Source of the DNA: Amoebophrya sp. A120
Taxonomy: Eukaryota > Protista > Dinoflagellata
Length of the DNA stretch: 64,000 nucleotides
Assembly: GCA_905178155.1 (NCBI GenBank)
Contig: CAJINV010000013.1
Coordinates: 362,344-426,343, forward strand
Reading direction: 5' to 3'
The first letter of the stretch is position 1. Each line of letters begins with the position of its first letter. Below are positions 24,395-38,739 of the stretch, one piece after another. Made by a program: the position numbers and the translations under genes. The notes beneath the pieces are model-generated. The model was given only the letters and a program-made list of their open reading frames with translations, ran no database searches and was not told the DNA's origin.

Positions 24395-25904
24395 ATGTTT
24401 CCGCGGTCACGCCGCAGTTTGGGTGTCGTAGTCCCTGCTCTCTGGTACGCGGGATTTTGCTGCACGCAGGTGTTTACAGCTCGCGGCGAGGAGGCGAGCG
24501 GCGCGAGAAAACTCGTGAAAGGGCTGTCTCAGCGTTTTGGAGGTGGCAGAGCAGGAAGGTATCACCCTGCCGACAACGAGGTAAACACGCTAGCAAGGGG
24601 CGAAACAGGAAACGACATAGATGCTAAGCCAGTTACAAACCAAGCACTAACGAGAGTGCTGGATCGCGTTTACACGGAGTTTCCGGTAAAAGTGCGACAA
24701 TGGTTTGGCACCTGGAATCAAAACGCGGTAGAGGCAGAGAAAACCGGGGTCCAGCCAGCCGGGTTCCAGGTAGCCCTGACTAATGTCGTCAATCTGGCGT
24801 CGGTCATACCAGCGAGTGTTTTGCAGGAGACGCGCAAAGCTACGTCGACCGATCGGGAGCTTCAGGCGGCACTCTCGCAGCTTAAGGCAACGGATGCTGT
24901 GGAATACCTGAACAACGTCAACTTGAAGGACAAGTTCTCCTTGGAATTTCCCTCCAACACAGGGGACGCGTTCCACAACACGTTCCAGTGGTCTTTGTCG
25001 TCCGACTTGTTGAACGACCCCAAAAAACGAATAGATGGTACAAACTCAGTTCGAGTTGAATTTTCATCAAAAACAGTCTTCGCAGATTTGTTTTCTTTCT
25101 CACGACTCGGTGTGGGAAGACACAAACCCATCAACAACTTTGCAGCCCTTGCAGTGACAGAGGGGAGTATCGTGCTGAAACTCGTCACGGACCAGAAGGA
25201 GGCTTCAAGCTTCGTCAACCTCTCGCCGCACCCGGCCGTGGACGCCGGACACGTCCTTTCTTTCCCACAAGCGACGGCTTCCGGCGCGACGGTCGCGGAC
25301 ATCGGCTCCTCCAGCACCATCGAGCTCGTGCCGGGAAAACAGGAAAACAAACCCGCGCCGGTGAAGAGCAGGGACGAGGCGACTGGCGGACCGACGAGTG
25401 TCACGACGAAGCGCAGCGCGCAGCTGCTCCGGGGCGGCAGGCCCTCTTCCCAAACGCCCTCCCCCCCCCTTCCTTGTCGTCCGTCTTCGTTGGGATGTTG
25501 GAGCTCCCGCAGATCGGGATGGCGCACTTGGTACACAAAGAATTCCGTTTTAACGTGTACGATTCGGACTACTCAGTTTTTCCAACACCCGTCGCGTTTG
25601 TGTAATATCCGGCATATTAAATTAAGAAACACAAATCAAATCTTTACAGACGCGATCCGTTGTTGCCGCGTTTCCAAACTTGGTGAGCGTGCCCATGATC
25701 ATTTTGCTCGTGACTGCAGCCCTCCTGTGTTTCGCTTTTCGGAACTTTCGCGGAGTGACCTGCAAGCGCGGAACCGCGAACGAAGAGAAAACGGCACTGG
25801 TATTTGAGATTTTGGGAATGATATCACAACTATACGCACCTCGTGAGTCATTCATGACCGAGTACTGTCATGCTATTCTTTGGACAAACAAAGAGTACAA
25901 CTGA
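24395..25904 (+). CDS. Probable single-pass surface/membrane protein (3' structure uncertain)
   Basis: Long exon with a hydrophobic N-terminus. A TM segment LVSVPMIILLVTAALLCFAF follows an intron bounded by the direct repeat ACTTGGT (~25532-25683). Confidence 0.55.
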
Positions 25905-26822
25905 TGAAAATTTTCGATGCAGGGCGAACGCGAAGCTGCTGGCTACGGAAGTGTTTCCACCTCCTCGCAAATCGCGAAAGAGCAGTCCGGCAAGACCGCT
26001 GGCACGGAGCAAGTCAAGGGCTTGCGCGACGACATCTAAAAGCGGAGAACTGTTTCAAAACTTGATTAATTCTTCGCCTGGACACAGTTTCGCGTTTAAG
26101 AACAGCACAAATGTGAATTTTACTGCTTACTATTAAAAATTTTCGCGGAAGAAAAAAAAAACGAAAACTTGAATTCATTTTCACACAGACAAGTCAGAGA
26201 CTGGGGCACAAAGAGGGCCCAGCCAGCGGCCCTTTTTTTTCTAGTAAGTTGCCTTGGCTCCATCTACCTGTAAATAAAAATGACGACAGCAAACGAAAAG
26301 CTTTGCAACTGAAGGATAGAAAAGCATAGCAGAGCATCTGCTTTGCACGGTGCTCACAGCAACAACCTATTTTTGATCGTTTATATTTTTTCATGCCCAC
26401 ATGCACATGCCGAGATTCCTACACTCTCTCAAAGAGAGTCAATCGATACTGTTGCTAAGGACCACAATAAAAACGCTACAACCAAAAAGTGCTCCGCAGT
26501 AACCTTCTTGGAAGTTTTCACTTTTTGATTATAGAAAGATGATTTACAAACCCGACCACAGTTGCAAACGCAAACGGCCTGGTGTGCTTTGACCGATCCC
26601 CGAATTTGAAGCCATGTTGCGACGCGGCAACTGTAGCAGTTTGCGCTGCTTCAGTAGCTGCACGAAAAGGCGCATACTGCACAACTTTCAGGAGATTGAA
26701 AAGGTAGACTTTTGTTGACGACACACTGTAGGCTTTGCTGCGCGTCGTCGCAAAATTACGTCACTGGCTAGGTTCAAAGTGTAGTAGAGCCGTAAGTTCT
26801 ATTTATCTAATTTGTAGAGCCG

Positions 26823-27863
26823 CAAGTAGAAAACAACGCGGCGACAACGAAGGAGATCGCGAGGCGCACCGGCATGGCTCGTGCCACGGTCCAGGCGCTA
26901 CGGGGCATCTGGAGAGACCGAGACATCTCCAGGAAGTTGAAAGCGACCTTATACCAAAGCCTAGCCAATTCCGTCGCATTATACAACGCGGAAACCTGGC
27001 ACCCGCGGGAACACGACCTCAAGGCGCTGCGGTGGTTCCAACGCAGTACTTTGAAAACGGTGGAAGGGGAAAAACGCGCATGGCAGTACGCACAAGAGGA
27101 AGCGGAAGGAGCAGAAGAGTACGCAAGCCGGCTCGACCTCTGCAACAAGACGGGCGTGCCGCCGATAGAGACCATCCTGCGGGAGAGACGGGTAGCATGG
27201 GCAGCGCACACCTTTCGCAACCCCAACGAAGCATGCCACCACCTGACGAAGCAAGAGATCCGTAAAAGCACCCCCCGGGGCAGGATGGTAAAAGAGGACT
27301 TCGAAGCCATAGGCCTACCAGTCGACGGGTTCATGGACCTAAAGCCACAGCCAGCGGCCCACGTAGTGAAGGCGCACCTCGTAGCAAAAAGGCCCACGAA
27401 ACCGCTACCGAAACAGCAAAAGACCGACAGGAGAGGAAAGACAAAGGCGTGCAAAGCAAGGACCGCGCGACAAAGCGAAAACATCCGGAAGCAAAAGGAG
27501 GAGGCCGAGCAAAAACAGGCAGAATTCATAGCGAGTATCAGCGGCAGGCGCTGGGAAAGAGTTCCCAACACCACAGGCAGCGCCTGGCAAACCGAAAAAA
27601 GCGACGCCGATCCTGATCCCGTGATGTTCCAAATCGACGCCGAAGATTTCTGTGAGAATTCGGGGCGGACAGAATACCGAGTGTGCGGCATCTGGTTCCA
27701 AAAGATGAGTGACGGAACCTACGCTGCGCGCTGAAGCGTGCGAACGAAGATTCTTAGCAAAGCGATACACTTGTAAGCACATCCGAGAGAGAACGATGGG
27801 AAACCGATGAAAGAACTCTTGAAGAAGGATAATAGCTTGCGTGAGTGAGTGAGTGAGTGAGTG
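26823..27863 (+). mobile_element. 5'-truncated RTE-like non-LTR retrotransposon with (GTGA)n tail
   Basis: Post-RT motifs KEIARRTGMARATVQALRGIW..IS.KLKATLYQSL..SVALYNAETW and ILRERRVAWAAH. The ORF ends at 27734 and (GTGA)5GTG lies at 27841-27863. No RT catalytic core is present. Confidence 0.85.
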
Positions 27864-28609
27864 TTTGGCAGTTCCTCGCTCATTTTCTTTTTAAAAGAAC
27901 CCTACTCGTTCGGCGAGCAACGGGCGACACAACCCAAGCGGCAAATGTAACCTGTACATATTTTCATAAGCACAATGATCTCGGAAGCAGGGAAGAACTC
28001 CCGGATGAGGAGCTCATCCTACCGGGCTGAAGCTACATGGGCACCTGTACTGCAGTCTGTGCTCTTGTTGGTGTTCAAATGGTGCCCGGCAAACGTAGGA
28101 GAGTTGTGCTGTGGCTGCGTCAAGCCTGCGTCTGCGTGTTTACATGAAGCGTAATTACGTATTCTCCCGCTTGAACATGGCCGTGGTTCAATCTTGCTAA
28201 AAGGCGACAAGTTGCATGCCCATTTCTTTTCGGTCGTTTCTTTTCTGTTGTAGGCATGAATGACAATGAGAGGAGGTAGAACAACTCTCACGCGTGCAAA
28301 TCTTGCAGACAATGTTGTCGCGTGCTACCTGTGCGCATTTTGTTTCCACCCTGAGTGAGGCTATCAGATGGATTCATGTACAGGGCGCTGCAAAAAAAAA
28401 AAATTATATTTCTACTTTCGCACATTTGACTACATTTCATCGGTGCGGGCAGTTTTGACCGGAATGATCAGCTCCAGGCACTACAACAAATCTTAATCCT
28501 AGTGCTGCATGAACAACGTAAACGCTACATCCGCGGCAGTGCGGACGCCTCAACGTTCCCAGATGGATGATTTCTTGCCACCGCTTCATCCATCGAGAAA
28601 GCCCGCAGT

Positions 28610-31600
28610 ATGCGTACGGTGGCGTCAGTAAATTGTGACAACAAAACGGCAACAATATCATGTAGAAGCAGGACCAGAACTACCCCCTCGTTCGCGATCA
28701 GCTGCTTGTTTTTTCCCTTTGCAGCAGCAGCGGAACGTGGCGTGTTGGCCTTGGCCGGTGAGTCCCTGACGACAGACGGGGACCTGGAAAGTTGCCCTGC
28801 CGGCGGGGCCGCGGCAAGTACGGGAGGGAACAGAAAGCACCCTGATGACCATCTCCCTTATGGACAACACGCTGCTCAAACACGGAGGAGAGGGAGAGGG
28901 AGATCATGAAGACTTCGTAGCTGGCGCAGCGATGTTTGTGACGCCCGAGTCTTCTCTGATCCTGAACGGCAACAACGGCAACAACCAGGACACTGTTGCT
29001 ACGCAGCTGGCGATATGAATCGCAAGTGCATTCGTCTGGGTGTCGTGGAAGAATGAAAAAGTCCAAATCTGTGTCTGATGCAGCAGCCCCCCCGTTCGTC
29101 ACACAAGAATTCTGCATGAAGACCAGTACAGCCCGCGTAGTTTCTCTCGCACAGAGGCGGGATTTTCGCATGCTGAATAGGCGCCACTGCAAGGTCCGGG
29201 CACTATGACCTATGATGATGTTAGGCCAAACATTCTAGCCCTGCTCGCGGGGCGTAAATGAAGATTTGCATCATGACGTATGACAAACGGGTACATTGCT
29301 CCACATCCAGAGATGTTTGCAGGGAATAGGTGAAACCATCAGGCGATAGTACTAGCAACACCGTTGGGTTGTCCGATGTGAAGCTCATCGCGGAGAAAAA
29401 AGGAACAGAGACCACGGATACGACGAGCAGATCATCACCAGCGACGATAATACTCGCGGACCAAAAGAAGGTCGAGTGCTGGAACGACGAACACTATGCA
29501 AGTGGAAGTAAAAAATGGACGCAAGTCAAAACTCGGATTGCAGACCTCTGTACGTGACAGCAGTAGTCATTGCAAAACCTCGACTGCAAGCACAGATTGA
29601 TTTAGCTGAGGCGCTTGCATTCCGAATTTTGTGTTCAAGAGAATGGCAGCACTTTTTGATGTCGCATGTGAAGTCCCGGACGCAGATCCACCCGACCTGC
29701 ACTTTTTGACTTTTGTTCTGGATTTTTGTGTTATAGGTTCTTCAAAAAAGTACGAACGCGACTGGGACTGGAAGAAAGTTTTCTGGAATATTCCCTTGAA
29801 ATTATACCATCCCCATCCAATTTGCCAGGCAGAACGACAGAGAGGAAAGTCGACTTTTAGCATGCAAAAAATGAATGGGGATGGTTGATTTTCCGGGAAT
29901 ATGGAGAATGAATTCGAATTCACTCCGCAATGCTTCAAGCCCGGAGGCGGAAAGGGTGGCGAATTGATGGCGTTTACGCGGAACAGAAGGTATACATGAA
30001 ATGAGCGGACTTTCTGATTGCTACAGAAACGTGAATAAACACGAGCGACGAAGATGATACCCAAACTCAACACGTTCAGCTACGTGCGTGCTTGCATTTC
30101 ACACGAGCTATCGTCATCAGGCACAAAAACTGACACAGGTTTCTTGTGAAGCAGCTTTCGAAGGGAGATCACGCCGCATTGCTGGAGGTCGCCGCCGACT
30201 ACGTCAGTCACGTTCTCTCCGGGGATACCTATCGACTGGAAAAGTTACTGAGCATCTGGCGCGTACGTTGAAAGAACAAAGAGTATTGGTTTCGTAGTAT
30301 TGGTTTCGTCGGTGCCGCAGAAAAGCTTGGGCTTTTGCAGTTTCAGGGCTGTAACGGGCAGGATTGATTCATTTCTGTTGACTGCTGTGCATAAGTACGT
30401 ATTAATTTGTCTGACTCGGCTTGTATGATGAGTTTGGTCGGTGCTTTTCCTCCGCACAAGGCACTGCTGGCGCTCATTCCGCTACACTTCACCTACGAGG
30501 ATGCTCACTACTCGGTGATGCTCAACTGCTTGGCAAAGGAGGGATTTGGAATAGAGAAGAGCGGCTACGACTACATGTACGATTTGAAGGGTTGCGCCGA
30601 CGACAAAATGATGACCGACCACGGAAAGAAGGTGGAAGCGGTATCATGTTGGAAAGTGCCGCGCTCCCAGAAGTGCAAAATAGTTGATTCCGATGCAAAG
30701 TTTCCACCAAAAGTGAGCAATCTGTCTTGTTGCATGGAATAATTAGGCGTCTTTCTAATGCAGAAGCTAAGCGCGCAGAGCAACTGCTACTCTTACATGA
30801 CAAGGCGGGTGTCTCTTATATGACTACAGTTCATCCTAGGTCTTTTCGCAACACAAATCTTTGCTGTGTATTCTTCATCGAAGACTTCTTGCGCTGCTGG
30901 CATATCCAAGGGCAGGAGTGTTTCGCAGGCAAATGCTTTCAAGTTCTGGCGTAGGCGGGGCGCTTTTCAATATGATACGTGGTTCACAAGCGCGTGTGGC
31001 ACTGCTGGATGTGGTGTGGCAGCTGCTTCTGGTCCGACGCGCGGCGCATCTACTACACGAAAAAACGGGCTTATGGAAAGGAAAAAGTGTTCCACTTATG
31101 CATTGTGGTGCAGGCCCAGCAAGACAGACACGCTCTGTTATGCGGGATATGCTCAGGAGCCTAGTTTCATACGTGTTTTGCCTCATGATCTCTGCATTGC
31201 GAAGAGTTTTCTCTGTTATGCAGTGCAAGTCTGTGTTGCTGTACTTCTACTTACAGCAAATGTGTAAAAACTGTAACATTTGTTCCTCGGGATAGGGCAG
31301 CCTACACATGGGCCTTGGAGATCCCCGCGGAGATGCGCAAGCTCGTCGTCGGCGCGATAAAGCGGGACTGTGAGAACTTCCTGATTCCGCAAGGACTGAT
31401 GGACTACTCGCTCGTGGTCGGTTCCAAGATTCTGACCAAGGCGGAAAGGCAGCAGAGCCTGGCAGCGGAGGACGAGAATGGCATCGCCACAGAGCAGAAA
31501 ATCACCATTCCAGCAGAAACAAGCACCGAAGAACTTCTATGGTAGCGGAGAGCTTCAAGTTCGCTCGCTGATGTAGCTGCAACAATCTTCCACCTGTGCA

Positions 31601-32761
31601 AACGTGTATGTTTGTCTCATTCTACTAGCGATGCAGCTTAAGATAGAAGAACGCTGAGAGTTGTAGCCTGCTGAAGTTGCATACTGATTTGCATGCCCAC
31701 GACCATGCCGCTGCAGCGCCCGCTGCTCTGTTCCAGCTGCACATCTCTCATTTCGGCACGTTTTTTGTTTTGAGTCAGAAGTTATGACTGAACAGTGCGT
31801 CATCTTGCACGGCTCTTAAATTGATCTGTCGGGACGAATGAAGTTTTTTTTCCGTTTCATAATTAGTTTCAAAATGCCTAGAAAAACCGCCCACGAAGGT
31901 AAGACGTGTTTGGTACTAGATCGTTCTCTTTTCAAGTAGGATAATTCGTCATGCTCATACCTCTAGAAAAGCTAAAGCGAAATGCGTTTTTAATCATCTA
32001 CATAGACGAAATCGAAATGCTAATGCAAAAATTCTCAGCCCGAGAACTTTCGCGCCCCGCTCGTGTTTCCCAACGCAGAAAATCCGGACGAGTGCATCTT
32101 TCTTGCGGTGTATGCAGATGTTGAGAACAAGAAACGGTCATCTTCGAGTGAAAAGGCATGATTCCATTTAATGCATTTCCCAGAACCAAAAGGTTATTTG
32201 CACGAGTACGCACAAGCAAGCATGATAACGAGTCGTACCTGGTCTCTCATCTCTCTCTGAAGTTGGCGACCAGTAGCATATCTTCTCGACGACGCGTAAG
32301 CACCAAAGTTTAACCTAAAAACCTTTTCTGCTGCTCAAGATGAAATTGCTTTTTTTCATTCCATACGACGGGCATCATCGACTTCCTGCAGCGGTGGACG
32401 CCCATCAAGAAAGTTGCCATGTGCGTCAAGGCGCTGGAGCGGGACAAAGCGACCATTCCGTTACCTCACATGACAACTCGTTCCTTTTTGACGTGTCCTG
32501 ATTTGTATTCGTACGGTGCATTTGAACTGATTTTTCATTTCCTTGTCATGCACTCGCATGAGAATGTGAAGGCATATGCAATCTGTATCTTCCTTGGGGC
32601 GGTGGTGCTCCGCCTGGGCCGTCTAAGTATGAGAAAATCTCTTTATCTCAAGGGAAAAATCAGGATAACACTTCTTGGATGTCGTTGCCTATTGATGTCC
32701 ACCCGCGGATTACGGAAAGCGGTTTGTCGAGCGGTTCAGCAAAAAATTCATTCCGGTTTGA
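28610..32761 (+). CDS. Phosphatidylinositol-phosphate kinase (PIP4K/PIP5K family), multi-exon; start uncertain
   Basis: PGGGKGGELMAFTRNRR|FLVKQLS (GT-AG intron 29990-30138), YDLKG, KRDCENFL..GLMDYSLVVG, GIIDFLQRWTPIKK and P.DYGKRF, then TGA at 32759-32761. Confidence 0.88.
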
Positions 32762-33659
32762 GGGCGGAGCACTGAGTTTTCGTGCCTAGTAAATGCAACA
32801 CAAATAAAATCAAAAAAGCACACGTTTTTTCGCCATAAATCCATTTTTCGCAACTTTTCACGATACTACCTGTTCACTTCGGATGGGAATTAGAACTGCA
32901 AGAAACCGAGGCAAAGATTGACCTCCGCAGAAAACAGACCATTTTGGTTATTATCAAGTACACGACCATTTTTTTGCCAAATTATCTTAACGCAAGACGA
33001 ATTTCTGAAACAGTGCAGAAACGCACCAGCTGTAGGAGTAGGCCGTGTTTGTAGATGCAGTGTAGTGCGGCCTTTCTGCAGCTCACAGCCTGCTGACAAA
33101 GCGACTGGCATGAGCGCATAGTATAAGCCCATGGAACAAATGGGACGATAAATAGTTTTACATGGAAAATAAATGCACATCACGCGGTGCTGCATCAGAA
33201 ATAAGCGCAGAGACGAAAGGGGACGGCCAAGTGGGAGGGTGATCTCATCTCCGCTGCCCGATGGATTTTTCAGATACGATCAAGAAGAAGGGACTTCCTG
33301 TATGTAGTGCCCGGAGAAGCTATGAGGGGCGGCGGCGCCACGATATATGTTCCAATGTCGTTGTCCGTCCATAGTGGAAAAAGAATGATTTTTTCCACCA
33401 GGATGCGGCTGCTTTTTCCTAGAACCGCGAAGAAACACCGTCTCGGTTGATGTGCAACTTCTGAGGCTTACATACAAGTTAAAAGCTTTCCCGTTGGTTT
33501 AGTATCTCGTACGAGTAGTCTTCAAAAATGACAGTTACGACAGTACCTCTTTTGCGCTCTCCGTGCTTGAGCTCGTTGTAGATACGACCACACCTTTAGT
33601 TTTGTTTCGTGAAGAGGACGATTCTGCGACTGACAGTACGCTGTTCGTTGTGATAGTCA

Positions 33660-36600
33660 TTGAAAATGCTCAACACCTCTTTGGAAAAAGATACCGGCTG
33701 CCCAGCACACAAAGTTGGCGTAGGCCATCGTTGTGAAGAACGTAAACAAGGAGTCGGTGCGGGAGCGCAGCGAGGGTGGATTTGTACCAGCTCATGTCGA
33801 CAACACGCAGCGTTTTTCCAGCGCCCCCTCGCGCTTCTTGCCTTCTTCGCTTCGCCAGGCGCCGCACAGTATTTCACAAAGCCGAAGTCGTCTTTGTCCC
33901 TGCTCCAGGATCCGCAGTTGCGCACGAAACCGTCGCTGGACGCCGTGCTGCGGGACAAGAAGACGACCAAGGCGGTGATGCAAGACTTTCTGTACGACAA
34001 GAACCACCCGGTCGGGAGCGCCACGGCCCGGCAGCTGACGCGGCGGCAACACGCGGAGCGCGTGCTGGAGCACTTCGACGAGCGGTTTGAGCACGCGACC
34101 AGCCCCAGCTCTGGCGTGCGGATCTCGCGGGAGCAGTTCGAATCGCAAATGGAAAAAGCCAATCTGCACGGGTTTTCTCGTACCGGCAGCACTGGCGGGG
34201 AGAAACAAAAAACCGAGGGGCCCAGCACCGGCGCCAGCATTTTGGGCATCGACATTGACCTTTTTGACGACTTTGCGCGGAAACTTCGCTCGGGCGAACT
34301 GCAGATCGGCAAGGACGGAGTTCTAGTTATCCGGGAGAAAATGGAGTGTATAGGAACTCAGCACGACGACCCATGTTGCCGACCACATAAACATATAAAT
34401 TGAACAGAGGTTGTAGTACTTCAGAGTTGTCCCGAGCCTCATCCTTCGCCTGCTGTTCTGTGAATCATGCGTAGAAAGCTGGGGCCCAGGTGCAGGCTCT
34501 GAGGCTGGGGCGCAAGCAGGACTGCACTGCACACCAAAAAACTCCTTCTGCTCGTGTTTTTATGGAGCGTGATGGAACCTGGGTGGAAACAGGCACTAGA
34601 AAAAGTGCAGCTTGTTTGCTTTTATGTCAACAAGTCTGCCCACGTCAAAACACAGCTTGCACGTCGTGCGCTGTGGTATTTGTGGCGCATCAACGTAAAG
34701 TGTGGCAGCTCGGTGGGATTGTGTTTGGGATTGTGTTTTTCGCGAATACAGGACTACGACGTGTCGGGTGGCAGTGGTTGGAGTTTTTTGCAACTTTATC
34801 AAGTGGAGAGAAGCACGGTGCGTCACACATTCGAAATCGCTTGCGCCATGATTCTTGCGCGAAAGATGCATGAGTTTTGCATTTGTCCTTTATGATCTTT
34901 CGTGCTCTACCACAGTGAGGAAAGAAAAATTTTTTTTCTAGACAGAAGCACGTGCACGACCATGCGATGTTATGGTTACGATTCCCGCATGGCAGATTCT
35001 GACTCTCCTGCTAGCTCATTTCACCTCACACGTGCAGTGACCCATACAGAAAACTGGGGATTTACTCTCTTGCAGCAGTCACGTCGCCTGTGCAACAGAC
35101 GGGGACGAGCAGTGATCTGATTTTGATTTACCTGTGCTTCCTCCCTCCCCTGCATGGATTTCTCTTCGCCAACGGCTATTCCGAGTCCGTCGTGTTTGCG
35201 CTAAATTTGCTTGCCATCGTCTTTCTGTTCTTCATCCGGAAGGGGCAGAAAGAGAAGGAGGCGAGAGCGGTACGGGAAACGTACGACCAAGGTAATTCGT
35301 CGCCCGTGTCGGCCGCGCCCGCAGGAAGCCGTGGCGGAAGAACAGGTGTTGACGAGGGTAGCGCGCGTCGAGAACGTCAGGCCGGACCAGTGGCGAAAAC
35401 GACGACGAGCAGTAGACTGCAGCACTTGCAGGAACTCGACTGAAGACTTCGGCTCCGCTGTTCGTAGGACGGATAATTTTGCTCCAGGAATTTCTGCTGA
35501 GAACTAATATCCTCGGCGAGGACGGAGGTGTAGATGAATCTGCGAGCTGTTTGTTTATTTGCTTCTTGTTGTTAGGCGCACGGCGCGGAGATCGAGACAC
35601 TTTCGAATTGGATGCGACGTCCTCAACAAGAGTCGCATAATAGGCTCTCTTTGAGGAATTGGAATATAATGAAATGGTAGAGACAATAGAAAATGAAAAT
35701 CCCAAGTTCATCAACAACTGACCGGGAAAATGATAGCGCTCTTTCAGCTTGAAGAAGACTCCCACGTCGTTCACGCTCTTGTTGCGGTTGTTTCCTCGAA
35801 TCCTGCGAGATGTACCCGCTTGGTCGTTGTTTCTTGAAAATAATGCTACTTTACGCGACTATGCAGTTGATTTTTTGAGTCAGGAGTCAGTTTTGCTTCT
35901 GTTTTCGAAGATGTGCCGCACCCAGGCTTTACATGTGAATCGTCCTCCGTGGTGAGTTGCTTCTTCTTAAGTTGTTCTGTTGTTTGAGGAGGGCAACAAG
36001 ATGAGAAAATAGCTCTACGACCAAAGAGAAAGTAAGTACGTAGTGCCGGCAAAGAGTTGCAAAATCCGTGGTGTACTCCTTTTCATCACTTAGTGGCAGC
36101 ACGATGAGGTCGTCCTTGTGGAGAACAAATATCAGGTCGTTTTCAAAACTGCCGTTCTTGTTGCGCTAGACAACTTTCCGGTCGGGACAAGCGAGCGGAA
36201 TACTTCATGAGATTTTGGAACATAACCGGGCTTCAGACCACGCGTTGTTACTGAACTCGTTTGCAGGTGTTGAACTGAAATTTTTCTTCAAAAACAGTAG
36301 ACCCGCAGTTGAGTCAGACTTCCACGCGGATCATTCGGTCAAGATGCAGCCGGCCTATCAAGCGGTCGGGTATGAAAGAGAAGGGAGCAAATACTTAGCA
36401 GACTGTCCACGCTGCTGCTTTGCAGTACTGTGAAGCAGGTACTGGACTTGTTGCATGGATGGGCGATGGCTCTACAGAAGAAATTTTTCCAGCAGGGAGA
36501 TGAACACGTGCATTTTTAGCATGTTCATCACACTTTCTTGTGCAACAAATCCAAAAGCGAGATTTTTGAAAGTGCTGCAAGGATCTTCAGGAGAAAGGAG

Positions 36601-36720
36601 TCAGCATGCGCTGCTCTTGTTTTCCCTTCCATACCAGAAAAGAGGCTTTGATGGCCAAAAGCGAGGAGGTGAGGAAGGCTTTTGGCGGAGTTTATCCCGG
36701 GAAGAGAACTGGATCGTGAA
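33660..36720 (+). CDS. Multi-exon membrane protein, possibly a GT-C/PIG-V-like mannosyltransferase (limits approximate)
   Basis: Large GC-rich exon ~33820-34327. The segment LCFLPPLHGFLFANGYSESVVFALNLLA resembles the YSESLF motif of PIG-V-type enzymes. The family call rests on one motif. Confidence 0.35.
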
Positions 36721-38739
36721 TCGGGTCAAAGTTTTCGTATTGCACAAAGTCGAAAATGTAGATAGCTTTCAGAGTTTGTTTTTTCCATCGTAGAAGATGG
36801 AAAGAGTTCTTTCATGCGAAGGGTGCTTACAACATTTCTCGCGCGCAAACCGCCAGCTGATAGTAGTGGCAGAAAAAGGCCCATCAAAGTGACTCCGCGC
36901 GGAGCTGTTATGCATGGTGACAGGTAAAAAGAGGACGAATACGATCCAACCACGTGCAATGCATCTGCTTGTGCTCGAGGAGAGTTCCAAATTTTTCCTC
37001 GGATAAAGGCTGGCGATTCAGTTTCTTTCTCTGCGCGTTCCTCTGCGTCGCCTCCTACGATAGTGGAAAACTGCTCCCACTTCCCCTGATTTGTCTCGCA
37101 AAACGTCGAGCTTTGTCTTGGTTGTATCCATAAGTAGCAATCATGTAGTCGCTCGCATGCGGACAATTTCTGCAAGGCGGAGCAGTATTGCAATCGCGGC
37201 ACGAATCAACTTATCACGCAGAAGCTGTTTTCGTTAGATTGTTTGTCGTGTTGCTGGGCAGTGGAGGGTGCGAGCGAGTTGTCCACTTTCATACCTCCGG
37301 AGTGCTCGCAACAATATGCGGTATCAAGTTTTATTTACGTGTGAGTTTTTTAGGCCTGTTGCGGAAATAGTGCCTTCTGTCAAGTTCCCAACGAAGACTG
37401 TCCGCGAAAAAATGTAGAGTGGTTCAGTCCACCAGAAAAAGAAAAACGAAACTTTCAGCTGTATGGAGCTTCTTGCCGCCGTTCGATTTCATCAATTTTG
37501 TCTTCCTGACACTTTTCGGCTGCGTAATGCTATCCAGAGGGTGTTGAAGAGTGTATTTAGCCCTCTGTGCCTACGAGGTTGTCATGCACAGAATGCAATG
37601 TCTGAACTAGAAGACCGGGATCGATTGTAATGACGTTGCAAACTTGCACTCGCATGACAAACTGATCGTGGGGGCTAGATGACAAACTCTCTGCTTTGCA
37701 TATTTTCTCCTTCAGGAAGCACCAGTGGACAACAGGTATTTGCTACTTGCATTTACAGAATGTGGCATGCAAGACTTTGTATACGAAGTGGAGATGTGAT
37801 GCAAAAACCGCAATAAGAAATTTTGCAATAAAGGTACGTCGAGCTCTTCCGGCAGACCATGCACACCTACGCGCTGGCATTGCTATCGTTTGGCAAAATT
37901 TTCTGCTCGTGTCATGCTTTTTCGTCATGAGTTTTTGTTTTCAGCGAAGCGTGCTGTTGCTTGGTTATCACACTGAAAGTTTCCGCAGAAGATTTTTTTG
38001 CAAATAAACGTCGCGGCACAAAGTAATTTTCCCCACATTATTAATTTGCGGATTCGAAGAAAATTTCCGAAAATAGCCACGAACCAGTAGACTTTGTAAG
38101 ACGAAAAAAAACGTAAGTACGCTTTTCATGGTGCATTCATGAGCATTTTGCATTCTGTGGGACGAGGATAGTGAATTTTGCAACCTGATTTTTGACGAGG
38201 TTTACCGGGAAAGGCTGTCTCTACCTGTTTCTGGCTATCACACGGATCAAAACTGGCGAATTTCGTTTTTGAATAGGCATTTTCCAACTGACACACATAT
38301 TATCCGCAGTTTGTTTACTGGCATCTAGCATGAACAAATGTTGACAACTTCTTGTCTGCCACATCGAAAGTTGTGAAAGATGGACATGGTACTACTGCAG
38401 CCGTTGTTGCATCACATATTTCTGCTCCAATTGTGACACGAAAAAGCAGAAGATGGAACTATTTCGACTGGACCACAAATTCGCACTGTAATGAGGTTTT
38501 ACCAATGATATGGTGATCCATGGCTTTTGGAGCGCTCTGGGATAACGACATTGCTCCATTTTATGATTCGCACATCGTATCAAGTTCCTGACGTCGTCTT
38601 TTGACTTGTGAAGTACATAAATTTTTGTACTTACATACCAACTCTAGTCTTCTTTGGTTTTCGTTTTTTGCATGAAAGAAAAGCACCATAAGAAGAATCC
38701 CAATCAAGGTCCCGAAGACGAAAGACGAAACTCATCACC

